54,562 bases of DNA, from contig JAGVYR010000030.1 of assembly GCA_018303185.1 (NCBI GenBank), positions 1-54,562 on the forward strand, written 5' to 3'. The translations under genes were made by a program, and so were the position numbers. This document shows positions 18,039 to 26,494 of the stretch, in pieces (position 1 is the stretch's first letter; the number at the start of each line of letters is the position of its first letter). The notes under the pieces were generated by a model, which was not told the origin of the DNA, did no database searches, and worked only from the letters and a program-made list of their open reading frames with translations. Origin of the DNA: Candidatus Woesearchaeota archaeon. GTDB lineage: Archaea; Nanobdellota; Nanobdellia; Woesearchaeales; GW2011-AR4.

Positions 18039-18716
18039 ATGAAGACTTTTGTAATATCTCTGGGAGGCTCGCTTATAGTGCCGGATGATGTAGACTCTGT
18101 ATTTCTCAGAAATTTCAAAAAGCTCATTGAAAGCTATTCTTCAAAAGGCTGCAGGTTCGGAATAATCTGCGGCGGCGGAAAGATTGCAAGAAGGTACATG
18201 GAAGCTGCATCCAAAGCAAGGAAACTGAGCAATCAAGAGCTGGACTGGATAGGGACTTATGCAACCCAATTAAACGCCAATTTAGTCAGGGTTTTGTTCG
18301 GAAACAATGCCAATGACGAGATAATAATAAATCCAAATGAAAAAATAAGGCCAAAGAAAAAAATACTTGTTGCCGGCGGCTGGAAGCCGGGGTGGAGCAC
18401 TGACTTTGACGCTGTGCTTCTTGCCAAAAATCTGGAAAGCAAAGTTGTAGTGAATATGAGCAATGTAGATTATGTTTATGATAAAGACCCTAAAAAAAGT
18501 AAAAACGCAAAGCCTATAAAAAACATCTGCTGGAGCCATTTCAGGAAGATGATGGGCAATAAATGGACTGCAGGATTAAATGCGCCTTTTGACCCGATTG
18601 CTGCAAGGGAAGCGGAGAAGCTTGGGATGAGAGTTGTTATTCTTGGCAGGGATTTAAGGAACCTTGGGGATTTCCTTGACGGAAAAAAGTTTAAGGGGAC
18701 TGTAATTGCAGATTAG
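18039..18716 (+). CDS. pyrH: UMP kinase, archaeal type
   Basis: It contains FVISLGGSLI and IICGGGKIARRY, and its length of about 225 aa is typical of archaeal uridylate kinase. Confidence 0.85.
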   Translation: MKTFVISLGGSLIVPDDVDSVFLRNFKKLIESYSSKGCRFGIICGGGKIARRYMEAASKARKLSNQELDWIGTYATQLNANLVRVLFGNNANDEIIINPNEKIRPKKKILVAGGWKPGWSTDFDAVLLAKNLESKVVVNMSNVDYVYDKDPKKSKNAKPIKNICWSHFRKMMGNKWTAGLNAPFDPIAAREAEKLGMRVVILGRDLRNLGDFLDGKKFKGTVIAD

Positions 18717-18718
18717 TA

Positions 18719-19633
18719 TTAATCCAATATACTCATAATATAATCCCCACTCCCATCCGTTTGAAATTTTTTACCTCTCCATCTGGTTCTCCTTGCGGTA
18801 ATATCGTACATTAGGAAACCTTCGGCTGGAAGATGCAAATTCCCTTCTTTTACGCTTTCTTTCCCCATAAGCCTTATCACCATATCCCTTTGTTCTTCAG
18901 GCTTCATTCTCATAGATTTTTCGAGATCTGTTTCGGGAAAACCGTTATCCACCAATCTCGCATGAGTCCTTCGAATCGATCTTTTATTTTTTGCAGATAC
19001 AATGGTCACATATGGCATCCCAAGCTGGTAAGCCCAATCTAACGTAAAATGAGTAAATGCGTGAGTCCATTTGAACCTCCCCCTATGCATATCCTCATTG
19101 TTGTTTCCTTCCGGATTGCTAACACCTTGAAACTGGGATATTACTACCCCCGCATTATTCCAATAAGGGCCATTTAATGCCATGACTGCAAAATCAGTAT
19201 CTTTGTGCCTTATAAATAAGCAATATGGCGCATCAACCCAGACATCCGACCCTGCTCGGGCATATCCGCAATCTTGAAAAGCTCGAGTGTGGAATTGCAC
19301 CAATGAATAATGTTTTAGGTCTTCTGAAGGCACATATGCCCTCTCTCTTTTGAACCTGCCTAAATATTCAGATCCAAACGGCTTCATAATGCCAAATAGC
19401 TCAAATGTTGCCAGCTCTATCCCAATTTTTCTAATTCTTTCTTCTAAAACGTTCTCAGCATCAGTATGCGCTGCCTTTAATGATGGCCCTAACCTTCCCA
19501 TTACATGATTAGCTGTGGTAAAGTGACCATTTTCTCCACAGAGGCTAACTCTTGCACTTAGTGGGAGAGTGTTGTCTCCGCCCCAATCATAGATTGCTGA
19601 GTACTTTAGGTCTTGAAACAATGCCATAAGCAT
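18719..19633 (-). CDS. hypothetical protein (304 aa, no recognised family)
   Basis: A long ORF with neighbour-like codon usage and ATG starts at 19633 and 19627. No motif was identified. Confidence 0.55.
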   Translation of the reverse strand: MLMALFQDLKYSAIYDWGGDNTLPLSARVSLCGENGHFTTANHVMGRLGPSLKAAHTDAENVLEERIRKIGIELATFELFGIMKPFGSEYLGRFKRERAYVPSEDLKHYSLVQFHTRAFQDCGYARAGSDVWVDAPYCLFIRHKDTDFAVMALNGPYWNNAGVVISQFQGVSNPEGNNNEDMHRGRFKWTHAFTHFTLDWAYQLGMPYVTIVSAKNKRSIRRTHARLVDNGFPETDLEKSMRMKPEEQRDMVIRLMGKESVKEGNLHLPAEGFLMYDITARRTRWRGKKFQTDGSGDYIMSILD

Positions 19634-19686
19634 AGTAATAGAAAACTCTTTTTAAAAGTAACTATTTTTACAACTATCCAGTGGTT

Positions 19687-20205
19687 TTAAATAAAATCAC
19701 TTATCTTATGCTTTTTCTCCTCGTGCCACAGCCATGCCAGCAGGATTATCGCATCAAGGCCTGCGGCAAAGGTAGGAGTCAAAACGCTGCTCAGGATGTT
19801 CATGTCATAAGCAGCCATGGAGAACGGGTACAGTAAAAACAGCCCGGCAGCGTCTGTAGTGAACAGGAAATCCAGCAGGATATGCAGTAAAATGCCAAAT
19901 GTGGTAACGAAGAAATAAACCGCAATCCTTCTCTGCTGCAATTTCCTTCTCGTCCAGAAATAAAACCCGGGTATCAGAAATAATAAACCGAATAAAGGCG
20001 TATGGGTAAATGTGCGGTGCATTATATCCTCTCCAAAAAATCCAAGAACCTTTCCCAGAAGTATATCTATATCAGGAAGCAAGCCGGCAAACCCTGCTAT
20101 AAATACCGTATGCAGCGTAAAGTAATGCCTGTGCCTTGAAATATAGTCCCTGTACAAATCCACCAAAATAATGGATGTTATTACGTGAGTTACTGCCAGC
20201 GGCAT
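19687..20205 (-). CDS. YdjM-like membrane-bound metal-dependent hydrolase (DUF457)
   Basis: It contains LAVTHVITS, LLPDIDIL and HRTFTHTP. The ATG at 20205 lies 1 nt after the upstream stop. Confidence 0.65.
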   Translation of the reverse strand: MPLAVTHVITSIILVDLYRDYISRHRHYFTLHTVFIAGFAGLLPDIDILLGKVLGFFGEDIMHRTFTHTPLFGLLFLIPGFYFWTRRKLQQRRIAVYFFVTTFGILLHILLDFLFTTDAAGLFLLYPFSMAAYDMNILSSVLTPTFAAGLDAIILLAWLWHEEKKHKISDFI

Positions 20206-20206
20206 C

Positions 20207-20542
20207 TTAGAGCTTTTTCGCAAATCCTTTTGCTGTTTTCCTCCCTTCTTTTTCAAGCTTTTTCTGAAGCTTCTGCAGCTTCACATTAAGCCGCAAAGCG
20301 ACCTGCCTTGAGACTTTTTCAGCTTCTTTTGCCATCCTTCCTGCCTCGCTTTCAGCAAGCTTCTGCATCCTTTTCCTTTCCCTATCAGCTGCGCTTATAA
20401 ACGTTCTGGCGATATCCTTCGCGCCCTTTGAGTCTAAATTCGCCCTTTTAGCTATCTGCCCGGCAACCTGCTCAGCCTTCTTCTTAGTCAAAGATGCGGC
20501 TCCCAGCCCGAGCAAAAAGCTTTTCTTAATAGCGTCTTTCAT
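20207..20542 (-). CDS. phasin-like helical protein (often found next to ABC1 kinases)
   Basis: It is a K/A/E-rich helical protein. The ATG at 20542 is preceded by GGAGGTG. The function call is weak. Confidence 0.45.
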   Translation of the reverse strand: MKDAIKKSFLLGLGAASLTKKKAEQVAGQIAKRANLDSKGAKDIARTFISAADRERKRMQKLAESEAGRMAKEAEKVSRQVALRLNVKLQKLQKKLEKEGRKTAKGFAKKL

Positions 20543-20543
20543 A

Positions 20544-22223
20544 TCATCCACCTCCTGCTTCCTTTATTATTGAAAAGAAAAGTATTATGGCTAATATTCC
20601 AGCGCCGATGAAGCTTAAGAATGAAAGTATCGGCATCTGGAAGATGACAGGGCCCTTGTTCAGCTGCATCAGAATAGCGCCTACAATAAGCAGGGCAGCT
20701 ATTATCATTGCATACGAAACCCTGTTAGAGGAGCGGTCTATCTCTACAGAAAGCTTCCTTATGGAAGAGTCTGGAATATCAACTTTTATCGTGCCTTTCT
20801 CTATCTTTCTTAAAACTCTTTCAGTCTCCTCAGGAATTACCTCAAGCAGCTTTCTGAAGCGGAAGGCGCTCTTTATGATGGATTTTGCAATGTACTGCGG
20901 GCTCGTCCTTTCCTTCATCAGCTTCTCTACAAAAGGCTTTGATGCGTCAACAATCCTGAAATCAGGGTCGTATTCAAGCGCAATGCCCTCCAAGGTTACA
21001 ATTGTCTTCCCGAACAGGACAAAGGATAGCGGCATCTTCAAGCCAAAGTTCAGGGCAATGTCCATGACACTTTCAAGTATATGGCTTATCTTTATGTCTT
21101 TTATTGCCCTGCTCTGCAAAGGATCAAGTATCAGCCTGACTTCATATTTCAGCTCGCGCTTGTCTACCTCGGAAGACGAATCGCAGATTTCAACAAGCGT
21201 ATCAACAATCATGTCAGCATCATTCTCAATGACGCCATAGAAAAGCGAAATTGACTTTTCCTTAAGGCGGTCGTCAAAATGCCCAACTATGCCAAAATCA
21301 ACCAAGGCAATGGAGCAGTCAGGCATGACAAGTATGTTGCCGGGATGGGGGTCTGCATGGAAAAAGCCGTGTATGAACACCTGAGTCAGGGCAGCGTCAA
21401 AGCCGTTCTTCATTACCCTGCCAAGGTCTATCTTTCTTTTTCTCAGCTCTTCGATATTGTGCAGCTCAACGCCGTCTATAAATTCAAATACAAGGGCCTT
21501 GTTTGAGATTAAATTTTCATAGACTGCAGGGATCTTTACAGTTGGAATGTTCTTGAAATTGTGCTCGAACAGATGGCAGTTTGCAGCCTCCCTCCTGAAG
21601 TCCAGTTCTTTAAGGGTCCATTTTGCAAACTCATTTACGACATTGAGGGGCTCGTATTTCCTTATGGCTGGAAAGTGGCTTTCAAGAAGGGAGGCAATAT
21701 ACTTCATTATCTCTATGTCTGTCTCAATGAGCCTGTCAACATCAGGCCTCTGGATTTTTACAGCAACTGTGCTTCCATCCTTCAATACAGCCTTATGCAC
21801 CTGGCTTATTGAAGCTGAGGCTATCGGCTTTTGGTCAAATTCTTTGAAAATGTCTTTTATGTCTTTCCTGAACTCATGCCTTATTGTCTGCTGGACTTGC
21901 TCGAACGGAAACGAAGGCACAGAATCCTGCAGCTTTTCCAGCTCTTTTATGTAGCTTTTTGGAATCAAGTCGGGCCTTACAGAAAGCATCTGCCCGAACT
22001 TTATGAACGTAGGCCCCAATCTTTCCAAAGTAAGGCGGAGCCGCTTTTCCATGGGATGGCTGCGCTTTTCATCCAGCCTCTGCTTCAGCTTCCTTGTCAA
22101 TGGAATGCTGTGCTTTTCCCTTATCTTGTCAACTACAAAGTCAAAGCCCTCTTCAAACAGGACTGCAAGAATTTCCCTAAAGCGGTTTATGTCCCGCACC
22201 TCTTTTATAATCTTCAAGGACAT
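20544..22223 (-). CDS. ABC1/UbiB-family atypical kinase
   Basis: It contains ASASISQVHKAVLKDGSTVAVKIQRP and FFHADPHPGNILV, and has C-terminal TM segments. Confidence 0.85.
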   Translation of the reverse strand: MSLKIIKEVRDINRFREILAVLFEEGFDFVVDKIREKHSIPLTRKLKQRLDEKRSHPMEKRLRLTLERLGPTFIKFGQMLSVRPDLIPKSYIKELEKLQDSVPSFPFEQVQQTIRHEFRKDIKDIFKEFDQKPIASASISQVHKAVLKDGSTVAVKIQRPDVDRLIETDIEIMKYIASLLESHFPAIRKYEPLNVVNEFAKWTLKELDFRREAANCHLFEHNFKNIPTVKIPAVYENLISNKALVFEFIDGVELHNIEELRKRKIDLGRVMKNGFDAALTQVFIHGFFHADPHPGNILVMPDCSIALVDFGIVGHFDDRLKEKSISLFYGVIENDADMIVDTLVEICDSSSEVDKRELKYEVRLILDPLQSRAIKDIKISHILESVMDIALNFGLKMPLSFVLFGKTIVTLEGIALEYDPDFRIVDASKPFVEKLMKERTSPQYIAKSIIKSAFRFRKLLEVIPEETERVLRKIEKGTIKVDIPDSSIRKLSVEIDRSSNRVSYAMIIAALLIVGAILMQLNKGPVIFQMPILSFLSFIGAGILAIILFFSIIKEAGGG

Positions 22224-22268
22224 GGGGAAAATGCGGGAAAGGGAGTTTATAAAGTTTATTGGAAAAAC

Positions 22269-22488
22269 GGCTCTGTCCGAAATCTCGCTTTGCTTGGGTT
22301 AGCGGCTTTCGCCCAACTGGTTACGCCCGGTTGACAGGCAATATGGGGCATGAAGCCCCATGCCGCAGCCTTCACATCGCATGATGGCTGCGGCGTATGG
22401 CTGTAAGCCATACATGTTTTGGTCAACTTTTGCTGGAAATCTAAAATGGGCTCATCTGATGCCGCTAACCTACATTTCGGACAGAGCC
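22269..22488 (+). mobile_element. structured MITE-like element, archetypal copy B (220 nt)
   Basis: It has perfect 15-bp termini, GGCTCTGTCCGAAAT (22269-22283) and ATTTCGGACAGAGCC (22474-22488). These are directly flanked by the 9-bp direct repeat TGGAAAAAC (22260-22268 and 22489-22497). The second stem pairs GGTTAGCGGC with GCCGCTAACC. Three perfect internal hairpins are present. Confidence 0.7.
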
Positions 22489-22499
22489 TGGAAAAACAG

Positions 22500-22802
22500 T
22501 TATCGAACTTCCTCATCAACCCATTTCTGATAAGGCAAATTAGCTTCAGAATCTATCTTAAGTATGCATGGAACTTTGTATGAATGCACTTTTGAAACTT
22601 CTTCCTTTATTTTTTCATATTTTCCCTTTTTTGTTTTTGCAAGAATTGCATATTCAGGCTCATTCTGCAGCTTGCCCTGCCACATGTACATGCTTCTTAT
22701 AGGGAAGAAGTTGGAGCAGGCTATGAGCTTTTTCTTCAATAAGTGCAGGGATATCTTTCTTGCCTCTGCCTTGTCTTTGCATGTTATGTAGATTAATGTC
22801 AT
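22500..22802 (-). CDS. cutA: CutA1 divalent-cation tolerance protein
   Basis: MTLIYITCKDKAEARKISLHLLKKKLIACSNFFP... is a typical CutA fold sequence. The start was set at the internal ATG. Confidence 0.8.
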   Translation of the reverse strand: MTLIYITCKDKAEARKISLHLLKKKLIACSNFFPIRSMYMWQGKLQNEPEYAILAKTKKGKYEKIKEEVSKVHSYKVPCILKIDSEANLPYQKWVDEEVR

Positions 22803-23019
22803 TTTTTTCCTTATTGTTTTTAGTGTTTTGCCATTTTGTGCGTTTTTAATCCGGCTCTGCAATGCTAGTCACGAGGCTCGCTCTCACTCATAACGCTCGC
22901 CTCGTGGTTTTATTGGTAAGCCTTTTTCTATGATGTCTTGCTCAAATTTTGCTGTTAACCCTCACTTAGGCACTGATTTTTATCTAAATATTTAAAAATT
23001 GCCATATATTCCGGCAGTT

Positions 23020-23760
23020 ATGGAAAGAAAAAAGGACTTTGAAGCATTATACAGGAAGAATCTTGAGCTTACGAAGAAGCAGGTTAGGGAAGCTGTAAAT
23101 GAAGACTTATTGATAATACAGGCCATAAGCAGCGTAGGAGACATAGACAAAACCGCTAATCTGCTGTCAAAGAGGCTCAGGGAATGGTTTGCCCTTTATA
23201 ATCCTGAATTGGAGCATCGGGTAAAGGAGCATGAAGAGTTTGTGAAGCTTGTTATTGCCCAGAACGAAAAGAAGGCAGATGATTCAATGGGCAAGAGCTT
23301 TGAAAAAGAAGATTTCGGGCAGATACTAAGCCTTGCAGGGCATATAAACTCGCTGTACGAATTAAGGCAGCAGTACTTCAATTACCTTGAAAAAATACTG
23401 AAAAAATACTGCCCGAGCGTGCTTGCAATAACAGGGCCGATAATAGGGGCAAAGCTATTCGGGCATGCAGGAAGCCTGAGGAAACTGGCTGTTTTGCCTT
23501 CTTCAACAATACAGCTTCTTGGGGCCGAAAAAGCATTGTTCAGGCACCTTCAAACCAGAGGACGTGCAAAATCGCCAAAGCATGGCATCCTGAGCCAGCA
23601 TCCTGTAATGGGAAAAGTCAAATTTAAAGAGCACGGCAAGGCTGCAAGGGTGCTTGCAGACAAGATATCCCTTGCTGCAAGGATAGACTACTTCAAAGGG
23701 CAGTATGCGGGCGATAAGCTGAGGAAAGAGATTGAGGAGAAATTCGGAAAATGGGAGTAA
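23020..23760 (+). CDS. nop5: Nop5 (Nop56/58) box C/D sRNP protein lacking the N-terminal domain
   Basis: It contains LLIIQAISSVGDIDKTANLLSKRLREWFALYNPEL and SSTIQLLGAEKALFRHL...PKHGIL (the Nop domain). Only about 22 residues precede the coiled-coil/NOSIC region. It overlaps flpA. Confidence 0.8.
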   Translation: MERKKDFEALYRKNLELTKKQVREAVNEDLLIIQAISSVGDIDKTANLLSKRLREWFALYNPELEHRVKEHEEFVKLVIAQNEKKADDSMGKSFEKEDFGQILSLAGHINSLYELRQQYFNYLEKILKKYCPSVLAITGPIIGAKLFGHAGSLRKLAVLPSSTIQLLGAEKALFRHLQTRGRAKSPKHGILSQHPVMGKVKFKEHGKAARVLADKISLAARIDYFKGQYAGDKLRKEIEEKFGKWE

Positions 23761-24428
23761 GAAAATCAAAAATCTTCGAGGTTTACGAATCTGATGACTT
23801 CAGGAAAAGGAAGCTGTATACTGCAAACTTAGTTCCCGGAAAAAAAGCTTACGGCGAGAATATTGCTGTGCAGGATGGGATAGAATACAGGGAATGGGAT
23901 GCCGGCAGCAGCAAGCTTGCCTCTTTGATACTCAACGGATGCACAAACACAGGGATAAGAAACGGCGATGTTGTGCTTTATCTTGGAAGCTCCACAGGAA
24001 CAACAGTGAGCCACGTCTCTGATATTGTGGGGAAAGAAGGATTTGTGTTCGCTTTGGATGTAGCTCCAAGAGTCATGAGGGATTTAGTTTTCATGTGCGA
24101 GGACAGGAAAAATATTGCTCCAATACTTGCAGATGCGAATAAGCCAGACAGCTTTAAGGACAGGGTAATGGAAGCTGACGTGCTGTATCAGGACATTGCG
24201 CAAAAAAATCAGGTTGAAATTTTCCTGAAGAACGTGAAGGCATTTCTGAAGAAAGGCGGCTATGCCCTGCTTGCTGTAAAAGCCAGAAATATTGATGTCA
24301 CAAGAAACCCTAAAGACATATTCAGGCAGGTGCGCGCTGAGCTTGAAAGCCATCTTACCATAATTGATTTCAGAACTCTGGATCCGTATCAAAGGGACCA
24401 CTGCATGTTTGTTTGCAAGAGGCAGTAA
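23751..24428 (+). CDS. flpA: fibrillarin-like 2'-O-methyltransferase
   Basis: It contains YREWDAGSSKLAS, VLYLGSSTGTTVSHVSDIV and DVLYQDIAQ. Confidence 0.9.
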   Translation: MGVRKSKIFEVYESDDFRKRKLYTANLVPGKKAYGENIAVQDGIEYREWDAGSSKLASLILNGCTNTGIRNGDVVLYLGSSTGTTVSHVSDIVGKEGFVFALDVAPRVMRDLVFMCEDRKNIAPILADANKPDSFKDRVMEADVLYQDIAQKNQVEIFLKNVKAFLKKGGYALLAVKARNIDVTRNPKDIFRQVRAELESHLTIIDFRTLDPYQRDHCMFVCKRQ

Positions 24429-24430
24429 CG

Positions 24431-24621
24431 TCAGGTTAAGGCAGGCCCGCCTCTTGTTTGAGGCTGAGGCAAAGAACGTGTTCTGGAACAATGGAACAGT
24501 TTTTCCTCAATAAAAAATTCATTGTTTCAAAAAAATAATAGATAAAAAAACCGCCGAAGCCTCTGGCGGCTCTGCCTTAACCGAAATAAAAAACCGCTGA
24601 GGCAGATGGCGCCCTTAACCT
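24431..24621 (+). repeat. second repeat family, copy D
   Basis: It shares with 41575-41729 a 39-nt core, GTTCTGGAACAATGGAACAGTTTTTCC[T/C]CAATAAAAAAT (24480-24518), with one mismatch. The long-range inverted repeat pairs GGTTAAGGCAGGCCCGCC with GGCGGCTCTGCCTTAACC. The 3' arm appears duplicated. Confidence 0.5.
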
Positions 24622-24687
24622 AGCCCTGCCTGAAGCAATAGCAAGATTTAAAAGGTGATATTTATTACTACTTCTTGGGGAAAATCT

Positions 24688-25572
24688 ATGGACGATAATG
24701 CTGTTAAGGGGACTTACAGGCTGAAAAAGGGCCTTGCAGAGATGCTGAAAGGCGGTGTGATAATGGATGTAGTGAATGCTGCCCAGGCGAAGATAGCTGA
24801 AAAAGCAGGCGCTGTTTCTGTCATGGCTCTGGAGAGAGTTCCTGCAGATATAAGGGCTCAGGGCGGCGTAGCAAGGATGGCTGACCCGAAAAAAATTAAG
24901 GAAATAATGAACGCTGTCTCTGTTCCGGTCATGGCAAAGGCAAGAATAGGGCATTTTGCAGAGGCAAGGATTCTTGAAGCGCTGGAAGTTGACTACATTG
25001 ACGAAAGCGAAGTTCTCACTCCGGCTGATGAGAGGCATATTGAAAAGCATTCATTCAATGTCCCGTTTGTCTGCGGCGCACGGGATTTGGGAGAGGCACT
25101 GCGCAGGATTAAGGAAGGCGCTGCAATGATAAGGACTAAGGGAGAGGCTGGAACTGGAAATGTCATTGAAGCTGTAAGGCACATGCGCAGGATAAATGAG
25201 GAGATTGAAGCTTTGAAAGGGCTTTCTTCAAGAAAATTAAACCAGAAAGCTGTTGAAATGAGAGTTTCTTACAAGCTGGTTGAAGAGACCGCAAGGCTCG
25301 GAAGGCTTCCTGTCGTAAATTTCGCTGCTGGCGGCATAGCGACGCCTGCAGATGCCGCTTTAATGATGCAGCTCGGGTGCGACGGCGTTTTTGTCGGAAG
25401 CGGCATTTTCAAGTCAAAAAATCCTGAAAAAATGGCGAAAGCTATTGTGGAGGCTGTAACCCATTACAATGAGCCTGAAATCCTTGCAAAAATTTCTGAG
25501 GGATTGGGAGAAGCGATGGAAGGCATCGAAATCGAGAAATTAAGCGTGAAGATGCAGGAGAGGGGGAAGTGA
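24688..25572 (+). CDS. pdxS: pyridoxal 5'-phosphate synthase subunit PdxS
   Basis: It contains [22 protein letters not shown] and [14 protein letters not shown]. Confidence 0.95.
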   Translation: MDDNAVKGTYRLKKGLAEMLKGGVIMDVVNAAQAKIAEKAGAVSVMALERVPADIRAQGGVARMADPKKIKEIMNAVSVPVMAKARIGHFAEARILEALEVDYIDESEVLTPADERHIEKHSFNVPFVCGARDLGEALRRIKEGAAMIRTKGEAGTGNVIEAVRHMRRINEEIEALKGLSSRKLNQKAVEMRVSYKLVEETARLGRLPVVNFAAGGIATPADAALMMQLGCDGVFVGSGIFKSKNPEKMAKAIVEAVTHYNEPEILAKISEGLGEAMEGIEIEKLSVKMQERGK

Positions 25573-25904
25573 TGGTTGGAGTGCTGGCAAGGGCATTTGT
25601 TGGTGAACCAAATGAATGCAGTATAGATGACCTTATTTTTTTTATCGGGGCTGAAAAGATAAGGAAAGGTGATGTTTTAAACATAAATGGTGAGTTTGGA
25701 GTTTATTCTAGAGTGATAAAAAAAGATAGAAGCCCTATCCCAGAAATCAGCCTTTTGATGTTTCATCTCACTTCGGAAGGACCCAAGCATTATGAAGTTC
25801 CTTTGGAAAGTGTAACTTATTGGAAAAGCCATGGGCATATCACTAGCGGTTCTATGAATCTTCTTAAGAAAGTTGAAGAGGCATATTTTTCAGGGAACCA
25901 ATAA
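25572..25904 (+). CDS. hypothetical protein inserted between pdxS and pdxT
   Basis: About 110 aa. Its ATG overlaps the pdxS stop, and its own stop lies 1 nt before the pdxT ATG. It is more AT-rich than its neighbours and has no recognised motif. Confidence 0.5.
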   Translation: MVGVLARAFVGEPNECSIDDLIFFIGAEKIRKGDVLNINGEFGVYSRVIKKDRSPIPEISLLMFHLTSEGPKHYEVPLESVTYWKSHGHITSGSMNLLKKVEEAYFSGNQ

Positions 25905-25905
25905 C

Positions 25906-26493
25906 ATGAAAATCGGCGTTCTCGCACTGCAGGGGGATTTCAGGGAGCATATCCGCGTTCTTGAAGATTTGGGAGTGGAAGCAGCGGAAGTAAGGCTACC
26001 GCATGAGCTTGATGAGCTGAAAGGCCTTATCATTCCGGGCGGAGAAAGCACCGCAATAGGGATGCTCATGCAGAAATACGGCATGGACAGGGCAATAAAG
26101 GAGAAATTTGAGAAAGGAATGAAGATATGGGGCACGTGCGCAGGCGCGATCCTGATTGCCAAGGAAATTTCAGGGGAGAAAAAGGATTTCTCACTCGGGC
26201 TTATGGACATTTCAGTCAGAAGGAACGGCTACGGCAGGCAGCTGCAGAGCTTTGAAGCCAATCTTAATGTAAAATGCATCGGCGGCTTTAAAGGGGTTTT
26301 CATAAGGGCGCCTAAAATAGTAAAATGCGGCGATAATTGTGATGTCCTTGCTGAATATCAAGGCAGCCCGGTAATGGTGCACGAGCAAAACCTGCTTGCA
26401 ACAACTTTCCATCCGGAGCTTACCAAAGATGCAGGGATCCACCAGTATTTTATAGACATGGTAAAAGATGAGATTTCTATAGAAATAAGCTAA
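25906..26493 (+). CDS. pdxT: PLP synthase glutaminase subunit PdxT
   Basis: It contains KIGVLALQGDFREH, IIPGGEST, GTCAGAILI and FHPE. Confidence 0.95.
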   Translation: MKIGVLALQGDFREHIRVLEDLGVEAAEVRLPHELDELKGLIIPGGESTAIGMLMQKYGMDRAIKEKFEKGMKIWGTCAGAILIAKEISGEKKDFSLGLMDISVRRNGYGRQLQSFEANLNVKCIGGFKGVFIRAPKIVKCGDNCDVLAEYQGSPVMVHEQNLLATTFHPELTKDAGIHQYFIDMVKDEISIEIS

Positions 26494-26494
26494 A

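Noticed and set aside
20587-21240. Long antisense ORFs. These are 217 aa here, 167 aa at 21831-22334, 252 aa at 27065-27823, 219 aa at 27534-28193 and 199 aa at 33975-34574.
   Set aside because: They lie opposite confidently identified genes (UbiB kinase, pyruvate kinase, the Trx/DipZ protein). They are Ser/Leu/Phe-rich shadows typical of the reverse frame.
22862-22920. A hairpin, CACGAGGC...GCCTCGTG, with a CTCGCTCTCACTC loop upstream of cutA and nop5. It was considered as another element copy.
   Set aside because: Only the loop resembles the family motif. It has no termini or target-site duplication, so it is left as an unexplained hairpin.
24429-24687. A box C/D sRNA downstream of fibrillarin. 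CTGA-like and TGA-rich strings are present.
   Set aside because: There is no proper RUGAUGA...CUGA pair with appropriate spacing or terminal stem. The sequence is instead a repeat shared with 41575-41729.
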